A stretch of DNA of 63,239 nucleotides, filler included, from Hyphochytrium catenoides (Eukaryota > Protista > Hyphochytriomycota), in the NCBI GenBank assembly GCA_900088475.1. It is 6 parts of 6 records of this genome, joined end to end, with 100 filler letters (N's around TTAATTAATTAA, not from the genome) between each part and the next. Parts side by side here need not be neighbours in the genome. Positions count along the whole stretch, not along the records: positions 31,326 to 48,008 come from FLMG01002010.1; 5 more parts are not named here. One strand, written 5' to 3'. Below the pieces are notes generated by a model. It saw only the letters and a program-made list of their open reading frames with translations, did not search any database and was not told where the DNA came from. Below are positions 33,099-44,330 of the stretch, piece after piece. Each line of letters begins with the position of its first letter. Positions within the stretch are counted from its first letter, which is position 1. Position numbers and translations under genes: made by a program.

Positions 33099-36000
33099 TG
33101 CGGCACTGGAAACACCGTCCAATGGTACGAGTGGCTTCCAGAAGGAGAAGAGGGAGAAGGGAAAGGCGAGCAGGTGTGCGACCGGTGCTATGAGAAGGTC
33201 AGAGAGAGTAAGGCTTCGGCGCCCAGACAGGTGAGTAGACGACTGTCTCGTCCCTGCTCTATAACGTTTGGCTGCTTTGTACTTCTCCTGCGTTGCATAT
33301 CCAACATCCAGTACCTCTCACCGCCTTTCCTTTGGCCTTTGGCCCGCTTAGGCAGCTGAGACAAGCCGGACCGGCAACGTCAGCAAAGGAAGAGCCCCCG
33401 GAAAGAAAAGGAAGATCGATGCTGTGGCCAGCTCATCCCCAGCAGAGTCAGAAGCAGAGGTGGAAGAGGACGGTACAGGAAGTAGAGAAAGAAGAAGTGC
33501 TGATCCACCTTCACGAAGCGGACGACAGGATGAAGTGGACACAACGGGAGGGGAGAGGAGCACCAGGACGCAAGAGAGCCAAGAGGATCGACGAGCAGCT
33601 AACCTTAGGGCAAGGGTAAGGGTGCTCGCACTTTTTGTTTTACTTGTCTACGATTACTTGTTTTCATGCTTGTCTCTTTGCCTTCTCTCTCTTGCTCTCT
33701 CTCTCCTTACTCTTCTTTAGCTTCCTCCTCGTGCTCCCTCTCTCTCTGTCTCTTCCTTTCTCCTCTTAGCTTCCTCGTCCGTGTAGACAAGATCTGCCCT
33801 CTTTCTATAGTGGCCCGATGGATGTCACGTGAATGTATTGCTTCCTTGTGAACGCATTTTCTCTTCTGCAGTTTTGTCTGATTGCTCCACGCTCTGAGCT
33901 CTGGCATGCCCGCACTATCGACCTTGCTCTTTTTGACTGAATTGCACTGTGTCAGGCTGCCCGCTTTGCTCGCGGTTATACCTCAGGTATAGCTCCGCAA
34001 GAACAGAGACGAGGTCGACGAGGTTTTGCAGCAGCTGCGGACGCCGCTGCGGCGACCCCGGCAGGAGGGGTGAGGGAGGAAGAGGAGAGAGAGGAATGGC
34101 CAGGACCCTTTTCGACAGCGATTGGGCTGGTCAAGAGGAGACAAGCCGCGATATCTGCCAGACTTGTAAGTGGCCTGACTCGACTACATCTAGTGTCCTT
34201 CCACCTTATCCGCTAACCTCTCTAACCCTGCTGCCTTCACGTGTCGTTTTGAATTGGTCAAGGCTAAGCTGGCAGAAAGTGCATCTAAAGCTGAGGTGGC
34301 GGTCTGGGTTCCAAGAGAGCGGCCCGCCAATGCATTACATGTCCAGGCCGTTGATGTTCCTCGACTGTTTGACAAGTGCCTTGAGGTTTGCTGCTCCGTC
34401 TAAGAGGGGAGATTAGTGGCTGCTTATTATGTCTGAAGAACCCTCTTTGCCATCTGCCTTCCTTGTCTCATGGCGCTCTTTTTCTATTCGTTTCGGTGTT
34501 TGACGTTTGACGTGTGTCCTCGGCCCTTTGTAGCTTCTCGCCAAAAACATTGAATGCGTTGAGTCATTCGGATGTATATCTGGAGATGCACGGACAAAGA
34601 TTGTGACGGCTTTGTGCCGCTTCCACCGCCTCAGCTCCGACGGTAAAGCAGGGCATGATGCGGTGCGGCTCTGACGTCGAGCAGAAAGGAGAGAGCCACT
34701 TGAGGAATAAGAGATTAGAGAGAGGGACAGAGGGACCGGCAGGGAGTTAAATGGAGAGACAGAGGAAGACAGCGCAAGAGAGAAGGATGACGGGGAGGAG
34801 CAGAGGAGCAGCTTCATTGGGTCGATTTATAGATCTCTTTCCTTGTAGTTCTTCCTGTGGTGACTGAGTATGGAGTGTCGGAGCTGACAATCCCCGACTG
34901 CTCAAACGTTGAAGAACATGCCCTGGCTGCTGCCCTAAGTACGTTCTTCTCCACTGACGACTTCTGTCTTCTTTCTGACTCTTCTGCTACTCATCTCAGC
35001 GCTGGCTTCATTGTTAGTGCACAAGCTCCTCTTTTCGCTGTCTTTGTCCTACTTGGGGTGTCTCGCTAGCGCTTAAAAAGCCTGTGCCCATCTTGTCTAG
35101 CTCGATGCAGTGAGTCAGATGACCAAAGGGAGCGGCTGCGTGAGCTTCGTCTAGGACTATGCGGACGCTGCTTTAGCGACAAAGCGGTAGCCGCGCTCAG
35201 GTAGGCTTTCCGCCTTTCTTTTAGCATCCAATGCGTTGGTTGAACGTGACACTACCTCTCCAGCCTACCTCTTCCGTGCTCTTTTGTCCCACACATCGGC
35301 CTTTCCATCTCGTTCGAGCTAATCTTCTCCTCGCACTCTCGAATAGGCATTCTCCATCTCTTCGCATCATCACATTGAGCGGCTGCTACCGTCTCTCCGC
35401 CAAGGGCTTCCACAACCTGCTGTCTTTAGCGCCAAATGTGGAGATCTTGGAGATCAGCAGCAACAACCGCCTCAATGCCGAGTCCATACTTGACATCGCC
35501 AAGGTACGTCAATACATAGCATTGTTGCTACAGATCTCGCGTGGTATTTTGCACATTCTCTTTAGCTATGCTCTGTCCACAGCCGCTTGGCTCACGCTTG
35601 CTTGCTCCCACAGCACGTCTTAGCACTATATTTTGTCCTCACTATCTGGAGCTGCTCTCTCTTTTTATGATGCATAGTTGACCCCTACCCTTCTCAGCTA
35701 CCGAATCTCCGGCATCTCGCGATTGAAGACTGTCCCCAGCTGGGAGACGAGGAATTGCGACCTTTGAGTGACCTGACGTTGGAGCATCTCTCGCTGGTTG
35801 GGGCGACCAAGGTAGGGACAGGATTGCAGCGAGGTACTGAATCGAAAGAAAGGAGGAGAATGGCTAACTCGATTGCTCTACAGATCACTGACCAGCTGGT
35901 TGAGAGTCTCGATTTCAGTGCGCTGAAGTCTCTACATCTAGCCAGGTTAGTGCCTCTTCCTGGCATGCCGTTAACTCTTCCGGGTTTGTGGTGCCGTCCC

Positions 36001-37288
36001 TAAGATTAGTAATTCGGGCTCTTCAAAATGCTCATTATCCTTCTAATTTGCTGCTCTGCAGGTGTCCGGAGCTGACGGACGCCGCTGTCTCGTTTGCTCT
36101 CGAAGCTGCGAACCAGCTTTCCGAGCTTGATGTGCAAGACTTGCATAACCTCTCAGATCAAGCGTTTGAAGTGGTAAGGTAGTCAAGCTTGGGAAATGTC
36201 ATTGTCTTACGTGTGGCTCGCGGCCAATGCTCTCTCCCTTTTTTCAGCCTCTCTTCCGTATCTCCCTCGCTCGCTTTCCTTTCCCCACACCTTCTCGTTC
36301 TCTCCGTATGTCTCTCCCCATCTCTTTACGCCACTCTTCCTCTCTCATGCCCTCTCCCTCTCTCATCATTATTTGTCAGGAGCTCCTTGTACCTGCATGC
36401 GCTTCCACTAAACCTTTATTTGCCATGTTATGCAGTTGGAGAACCGCAGCATCCCCCTTCGCCGAGTGCTACTATCTCGCTGTTTCAAGCTCTCAGATGC
36501 CACGCTCTCCCTCTTGGCTCAAGCAGCCAATGACGTCCTTGAGGATATCTCCATTGCAGGTTTAGTGGTAAGAACCTGCACAAGGCTGCGGTCTAGTTGA
36601 GAAAGACGTAGGTGAAGGGAGGAGCGTCAAAGGAGTGAGGTCCATGGACTCTGGTGGCTTCTCTACTGCTGAAGGTCGCAGGCTGTCTGAGCTAGTGCTG
36701 TGAGGTGCATCTCTATCTCATATGCCTGACTTCCTCTCTTTGCATTGCCTTACCAACTGACGTTGCATGCAGAACGTTACCGACTTGGGCCTCCTTGAGC
36801 TTTCACGGCATTGCGTCAAGTCCTTAAGAAAGTTGGACGCCTCCTTCTGCAGAGGACTCACTGACCAAGGCCTAGGCCAGCTGACAGACAACTGTCAGAA
36901 TCTCAGAGAACTATCAATTTGGGGCAACAACCAGGTCATGCTCCTCCCTAGCTCTATCGTTACGTATGGCTGGCTGCCTCTTTACTCCTTAACGACCTTC
37001 CGCGCGTCCACCATCCGCTCTTGCTGTTCCCTTCTGCGCCTGCTCTGTCGTACTTGGACCTGCGGTTATAGATGCTTGTTTCTTAACCCTCTTTCTTCAC
37101 GCTTGCTTTGTGGTGCGCTACGAGGTGTTTATTGTCTCATCTCCCGCTCGCTCTCTTGCGCTGGCCCTTCTGATTAGTCCCTCGTCTGTGCCTGCCCACT
37201 TCGCTATCCCCAGATCTCCAAGACCTTCGTGCACGGACATAGAATAGATGATCTGAAGATCTTTGGGCGAAAGGGACTGAACTTCTAG
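33099..37288 (+). CDS. RAD7: RAD7-like leucine-rich-repeat protein (nucleotide excision repair / Elongin-C adaptor), multi-exon; 5' end not resolved
   Basis: Spliced exons give AARFARG, EWPGPFSTAIGLVKRR (plant RAD7-like motif), VPRLFDKCLE|LLAKNIECVESFG, ELTIPDCS, LRELRLGLCGRCFSD. LRRs include LRIITLSGCYRLS and LRKLDASFCRGLTDQGLGQLTDNCQNLRELSIWGNNQ. The terminal exon is ISKTFVHGHRIDDLKIFGRKGLNF*. Confidence 0.8.
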
Positions 37289-37544
37289 GTCTCTTTGCTT
37301 TCATTTTCTAAGAGACACAGAGAGCGCAGGAGAGATGTTGCCCGAAGGCAAAGAAGTGAGGAGTCGGGGGCAGACGCTGAGCTTCTATGCTAAGTGTCCG
37401 TCCAGACTCTGGACGCTAATAAATTATAACGAAGAGGAGCGCTTACGCTTGGCGAGAGCTTATGAGACTTTTTCGCTCTCTGCTGGTGAAGATCAGACAT
37501 GGCCATGAAGGGAGAGGAAGAGCACCAAGAGACCTCTAATTTAT

Positions 37545-38816
37545 CTACTTCTGCTGGGACACGCTTGACCGTGAGGAGCGGGTCCGAGTGGCGATTCCTC
37601 CTCCGTCCTGCTCTGTCAACAGTGAGGCGCTGCGTGTTCTTCTTGAGGAAGTGGACGACGTAGGAGAGGGAGATGGAGATGGCTTCGCCCTTGTCCGTCT
37701 AGCCCTAGACGAGGGTGACGTAAAACCATCCTCTTTCTCTCCTGTCGTAGCATCTTCTTGTCCTTCTTTTGGATCTGGTTCACTATCACTCTTTCGTGGC
37801 GTCCTCTTCTTTGCTCCTAGCCTAATGTCTGGCTGCTGCTTCCGTTCTCTCTTCTGTCCTATTTGCTGAGTTTGTTTCGTCTTCTCTTCCTGCTTCGCCT
37901 CTTGCTTTCCTTCGGTCACGGTCTCTCTTCTCTTCCCATCAATCTTTACAGCAGTAAGATCCGCTCTGTTTCCGTTCGGCGCATAACCGTCTTCCTTCCT
38001 CTTCTTTCCATGAGCTGAGGTATCTACTCTTTTATCTTCCTTTGTCGTGTCCTGCTTTTTACTAGTTCTTTGACGCTTTGACGGGCTTGGAGCTGGCTCT
38101 TCCGCGGACTCCACCTCAGGATGAGATGGAGAAAGGCCTGATATTGGAAGATTCGGCTCTAACGTTGGCTTTGTTCTCTGTGTAGCCTCATTTGTGCCCT
38201 TTCCTTCTTCCTCTCTTGAAAGTGCTTCCCTTTGTTTCTTCTTGGTGTTAGCAGGACTGGAACTATCTGGCACCTTGTGACTCGCAGGGCCGTCTGCCGT
38301 GAGAGTTCTTCCTGAGGCAGCATTGCTCTCTCTTCCTTGTCGTCCTTCCTCTTTCGCGACCATGGCGGCTTGTCTGCCTGTCATTCCGGCCACGACTACC
38401 TTCGTACTTGGCGCTGTCGCATCCTCCGCACCTTTGTCAGCAGGACGTAGGGTCAGTTTGCCCTCCGTCCCGTCTGCCAGGCTGACTCCACTTCCGTCTG
38501 ACTTTGTTTGTCCCCCGCGCGGCCTCTTACTCTCTGTCAAAGGCAACGCGGGCTGTTTGACTTCCTCAGTTCCCTTCAGTCGCTGACTATCTAGCTTCTC
38601 TCCAGCACTGTTTGAACGATGTTGCGGTGGACCCTCTCTTTCAGCACTTTGGGCCGCCGCTACGACTTTGTCCTGGGATTTAAGCTCACTTTCTCGTTGC
38701 TCCTCTCCGCCCTTGGAACCAGCAGCCTGGCTCTCATATACCCGCGGTATTGTCTTATCTTCTTTTTCCGCTTGCTGGCCTAGCCTGGGACTAGAGTTGC
38801 CTAAAGCGAGTGTCAT
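37545..38816 (-). CDS. Long disordered K/E/S/R-rich coding segment, probably the terminal exon of the HDAC gene
   Basis: 423-codon open frame on the same strand, downstream of the HDAC exons. Intervening exon-like segments lie at ~39.1-40.7 kb. No domain recognised. Confidence 0.55.
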   Translation of the reverse strand: MTLALGNSSPRLGQQAEKEDKTIPRVYESQAAGSKGGEEQRESELKSQDKVVAAAQSAEREGPPQHRSNSAGEKLDSQRLKGTEEVKQPALPLTESKRPRGGQTKSDGSGVSLADGTEGKLTLRPADKGAEDATAPSTKVVVAGMTGRQAAMVAKEEGRQGRESNAASGRTLTADGPASHKVPDSSSPANTKKKQREALSREEEGKGTNEATQRTKPTLEPNLPISGLSPSHPEVESAEEPAPSPSKRQRTSKKQDTTKEDKRVDTSAHGKKRKEDGYAPNGNRADLTAVKIDGKRRETVTEGKQEAKQEEKTKQTQQIGQKRERKQQPDIRLGAKKRTPRKSDSEPDPKEGQEDATTGEKEDGFTSPSSRARRTRAKPSPSPSPTSSTSSRRTRSASLLTEQDGGGIATRTRSSRSSVSQQK

Positions 38817-40827
38817 GTTACCCAGACTGCCTTCAGAGAGCCTGAATGAAGGTCATTAACAGCGTAAGCGGACGAGAGCATCAGAGGCATGCACACTGAA
38901 GGGCAGAGTTGTGGGCTGCAGGAGGTTAAAATGAAGAAGTGGAGAAAGAGAGAGAAATAGAGCGGGAGAGTGCGAGACAGCGAGAGAGAGAGGGAGAGAG
39001 GAAGGAGGAGAAGTGAGACAGAGCGAGAGGGGCAAGAGACAGATGATACAATGGAAGCAGATGTAATAGTGGCCATGACTGTTAGCAGAATAGACAAGAC
39101 CGAACAAACTTCATACCTTGGGCTGAGAGCACTCTCGCCTAACACCCAGTTGGCTGCAAAGTGTGCCAGAGGGGATATCGACAGATGTTCTGCTCCTCCG
39201 CTGCAGTCAGCTGAATCCAGCAGCGGTAGAGAAGGTATGTTGGGACGAAAGGCGTCAGACAGCTCCAAGTCAAGGCCATGACCTGGACTGTCCATGGAAA
39301 AGCTGTGTCGCGGGGTTTGAAGTTCCTCATCCAGAGCCCGTCCTGTTGCTGCTTCATGGCTACTCGAAGAATCGGCTGGCTTCTTATTCACTATATTTGA
39401 GACGAGGCATACTTAGCGACGAACCTACGAAAGAGAGAGAGGGAGATGTGGAGAGAAAAAGGCGAGAGGAAGAGTAGGAAGGCTTGATAACCTGGCTCAT
39501 TGCTAAGGCCCAAAGCTGCTCCTGGTACAATCAACCGCGAGCTTCCCGCTGCATCAGTGCCAGTGGAGACTAATGTCGCACTGTGTTGGTCTTGGTGCTG
39601 TTCATTTGCTCCTGTTTGGTGAGGAGGGCTAGCAGATCTCTGGATCCGGCTTCCATCTCCGCCCTAGATGTGTGTGTGAGAGAGAGAGGTCACGAATATG
39701 TGGGAAATGAGCTAAACGATCCTCACAGTTCAAAGATGTCCCCAATCCATCTCAGTTAATGACGTGCGCCTTTATTCTTCTGTCATTTTTCTCTGTGTAA
39801 GCGCTAACTTTACCATCAGCAACCCTTTAAAGAAGTGCTAGGCCGGTCTACCAGCCGCTTCGTCCGCTGTGCTTTCATCCTGGAAAACTACCCCTTCCTT
39901 GTCCACGTGAAGTAAGACCTACCCCTTTGTTGCTCGTGTTGCTTCTTTTGCCCCGTCTCCTTGAGTCCGGGTCACCTCTTCTTTCTCTTCCCGCCCACCA
40001 TCGCCAGACTAGAAACTGCTTGCGGCCTGACCATAGCCGTCCTCGGCGTAATCTGACGTCCCATCACACAATAGTTGAAGGAGAGGAGCACCTGTTAGCA
40101 CCACTACAGCGTTCCATCCAGGTACGAAGGGAAAAGTTGAGGGTCCCAAAGGGAAGAGCGGACGAGAGTCCTCAGAGGGTTGCCATACACCATCAGGAGT
40201 GGGCAATGATTGAGAAAACAATGAAGTCAATAAAGTCAGAATTTCTACCTGCTCTTCGTGGGAGCCTTCCGTTGTGGCTCTGACTCTCCCTGCTGAGCCG
40301 CGGCTCTTGGGCTTCCGCATTGAGTGGCGGCATCCGCTCGAAGCTGGACTTGGACCCTCCGGCGCGGCGGAGGTCCGGAGGACGAGACGCCGCTGGAGTC
40401 CTTCACTTCAGCTGGCGAAGAGATGAATAGCTAAGCAGGGCAACATGGGACCAAGGATAGGGCAGCCACCATAAATAGACGAGAGACTAACAGTGACGGG
40501 ACAAATGGATCAAATCTAGTTGTAACAGTGCAAAGTTCTGCTCATTGACAGCAGAGATAGCACGACGAATGAGTTGGGAGAGTCGAGGCTCATGCATTAT
40601 AGCGATGCAATGGAGATGAACTCAGCATCTCACCTCCTCGACCACTATCAATCTGCGCTGGAAGGGGGACGGATGAGGTAGATGGGCCGGAGAGGGAATG
40701 ACTGCTGTACGAGTACGGACGAGGTGGATGAACCTAGGACCGTCAATGAAAAAGATAAGAGAGATCAGCACATTGGGGGCTAGATGGCAAAAGGATACGT
40801 CCTTATAAAGAAGCACCTTCGATACCT

Positions 40828-43252
40828 ACCTTGAGGCAGTCCCAGTAAGGTGCCAGAAGCCTCTGAGAGAGGGAAACAGTCGCTAGAGCTGACTGTGCCG
40901 GTGGCGCCGCGCCCATAGGCGGAACAGGATCCCCAAGCAGCACACGCACGACGGCCTCGGCAGAGATGGATATAGAACGTAGATTATACCCGCCCTATGA
41001 ACAATATTAATCACAACGTCATTAGCCAGTGAAAGTAATAAGAGGCATAAAGCTGAGACAGCACAGCTCCAAGGTCCCCAGCAGACAACTTAATAAATGG
41101 CAGATTCGTCCAGGACCAGCACGAGGAATGACAGAAAATTGCCAGGACAATACAGAGCAGATGAGGAACTGGCGGGTAATTGACTGATAAGAATGGAAGC
41201 TTCCCGGAGTTAAAAACTGGCGATAGGACGACGTGTTATAGGACGAGAACGTTGACTAGAAGAACGGGCGGCTGAACGGACTCGCGCTTCCCTACCTCTA
41301 GTGCTACCACCAGCCGCCCGCCTGCCAAAGTCATAAGCTGTTGAGTCATGTACGCATAACCTGCAGGGGAAACCTGGAGACAGCCATCAAACACATACGT
41401 GAGCGGTCCGTGAATTGTAGGGAAGACAGTCAGGGTAGGAGGGCGGGTGACTGCCAGGAGTGGAAAGAAGGCAGGAATATCAAGAGAAAAGTCTACCCCT
41501 CGAATAGCACTTTATCAAGGAAAGCACACTAGAAGAAAGTCACCACCAGAGTTGGCGTCCAGGAGCTGATGAGCGATAGAACGTGAAAATGCCATTATCA
41601 GGAGCCGTACTCTACCTTGCACCCCCCCAGAGGGTCGCCTTCCGCAGAGTCAAAGCCCGCAGAAACTATGACAAGCTGCGGATTGAACTGCGCGAAGATA
41701 GGCATCAGGAGATGGGAGAAGGCACTGACATATTCAGCGTCTCCCATACCTGAGCGGGCGATAAAAGATGAGCGATGCAGCGGAAGGAAGGAGGCGGAAA
41801 AGCATTCGTTAGCTCTAAAACGGAAGGATTAAACGGCAACCACGACACTCCAGTCCTCGATTTACCTCCATGAGGCCAGGCGACGTTTACGTTGAACCCG
41901 GCTCCATCCTGTTTCCCAATGGAGTATGGACTACCGGTGCCAGGATAGAATTCTCCCCTAGGAGCATCACCCGTAAGGTTAAGGCCCGACATGAAGGCAA
42001 TCAAGCAAAAGAGAGCAAGAGAGACACTCACTGCGAGCAGAGAAACGCAGGAAGAGATAGAGAACGTACATAAAAGAGAGAGCAGATAGGGAAGAAAAAG
42101 GGAAGCAGCGACATCAAGAATAAGAAGGGCGATAAAGGTGGAGAGAGAGCGATCCACTCAACGTGGGAGAAAGCAAGGGTAAAGAAGGTAGTGGGCGTGA
42201 CGTCCTTTCTCACCTATCAAATCTATGAAGAGAGCAGTACATAACGGATGCGTCATCTTCAAAGATGTGCTCTGTGCCATTCCCGTGGTGAACGTCCCAG
42301 TCCACGATGAGAATGCGGTCGATCTATGGAAGACGGTTTAATTCTATAGCCCCAGGTGGAAAGGGAACGGACGGGAAGGGTACGAGTTGCAGGTAAGAAG
42401 ACCAAAGAGAGAGAGAGACAATATTGTCCTCCCTTGCAGTCGAGCCCACAAAAAATAGAGATTGCTTTTCTCACCCCTAACTGCTCTCGAGCCACTTTTG
42501 CCGCTACAGCTACATTATTGTACATGCAAAAGCCCATCGCTTGATCAGCTTCTGCGTGGTGTCCTGGCGGACGGATGATGGCAAAGGCATTTCTGGCCTC
42601 ACCAAGTAACACTCTAATGTGACGGCGCGCGATGTGAGAGTACGGAGGCAGAGATGGGAAGATTTGAGAGCAAGAGCTGGAAATAAAAGAGTTGATGGAG
42701 AAGGAGTCGTGAAACAGGAGAGCTAGAAAGACATCAATAGCACATGGAGTGGGTCACAAGAGTGCCAAAAAGCGATGGATTCCCGTCTATCTCTTCCATA
42801 AATCTCTCCAGAAGGTCACACTCGGTTCAAAGAGAGGGAGCTCAATAGAAGTGGGGAGGATGGTCTCAAGTTAAAGCAAGGAACGTACCTCTTTACTAGG
42901 TCTATCAGGATCCCGCAGGACAGGTTCGCTGCCAGCTTACTGTCTTTGCAGGAGTACGTGTCTCCATTGATATGGAAGTGCTCCTGCTGCCAGGCAAGCT
43001 CAAGGAAGTCCAGATGCGCAGATGTGTGGCAGGTCAGCAGCTCCTGGCGCTTCACCTCTCGTGACTCCGTCTGCAGCAAGAGGATAAGCAAAGTTTATTA
43101 GGAGAAGGGAGAAATAGAGTTTAGAAGAAAGCTAGCTTACCCGGCAACATCTCGCTACAATGCCAGCGTCGTTTAGCTGCCTAAAGATCGCAGCTACGAA
43201 ATGGAAGGGAGAAACAGAAAGTCAATGCAAGATTCACACAGAGCGTTTAAAC

Positions 43253-43286
<34 letters not shown>

Positions 43287-44330
43287 AGAGGGAGAAAGAG
43301 AGATGAAGAGGGAGAAGGAGAGAGAGAGAAGAAGAGGGAGAGAGAGAGAGGAAGAGGGAGAGAGAGAGAAAGAGGGAGAGAGAGAGAAAGAGAGAGAGAG
43401 AGGAGTACGAATCAGCCTTCAGCAGAGTGACACTCTCGTGCAGCTTAGGTGCTTACCGATTCTGTCGGGTCTCTCAGGATGTATCTCGAAAATATTCCGC
43501 GGCTCTATCTCTCGATGTCTCATCATCCGCTCGTCATAGCCTAGCAGTGTGCGCTGTATGGCATGTCAGTAAGGCCCCCAGGTAGAGCTTACATAGCTTA
43601 TAGCCACGCTCGGCTTTTTGTCTCCCCAATCTCTTGTCTCTCTCTCTCTCTCTCTCTCTCTCTTCCCTCTTTTTCCTGTTGCTGTTACTAGGGCCACATC
43701 CTGTTCTCCCTAACCCGGTATCCTCTCCTCTTTCTATCCACTTCTAGTGACTCTAAAAGGCCTTCCCTCCGTCCCCTTTGCATTCTGTCTTCTCCCAAGA
43801 CTCACATGGAGCACTGGGGAGGGTGCCTTGGCCAGCACCAAGCCCATCTCCTCCTGTAGAGTTCCACAAGAGCGACAGCGAGAGTTATTTTTCCTGTTGA
43901 GGACAGTGCAGCATCTGCAGTTCCAGCAGCCTAGCGCGCTGTACACGCTCCTCATAGACGTGTGAGGGACGCCGCGAGAGAGCATGAACTCGTAGACGTT
44001 GTGCGGATCACTGAGAAGGTCAAAGGCGTCGTCTTCATCTTCCTCGTCTTCACCTTCTTCTTCACCTTCGCCTGACAATTCGTTACCCTCCGAACTGGCA
44101 GTTAACGGACCGAGGCCTACATGGTCTGGTGACCGAGCCATAGGAGACGAAGGGGAGGTAGGGGCACTGCTCTCTGATGCTATCGACATGTTACGCGGGA
44201 TCACTAGCTCCTGGGCTTCACTGGAGGCAGCGTCGTCTGACAACTCTACCGAGAGGTTTGTGGCGAGAGGTGGGCTTATCCCACCAGGACTTGGAGGCAA
44301 AGGGCCATCAGGAGCAGGTTTGGCGCTCAT
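40828..44330 (-). CDS. Class II histone deacetylase with an N-terminal RanBP2-type zinc finger (HDA15-like architecture), multi-exon; C-terminus probably extends to 37545
   Basis: ATG at 44330 (MSAKPAP). Zinc finger [25 protein letters not shown] motifs across GT-AG introns: [78 protein letters not shown]|GGYNL. Confidence 0.93.
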
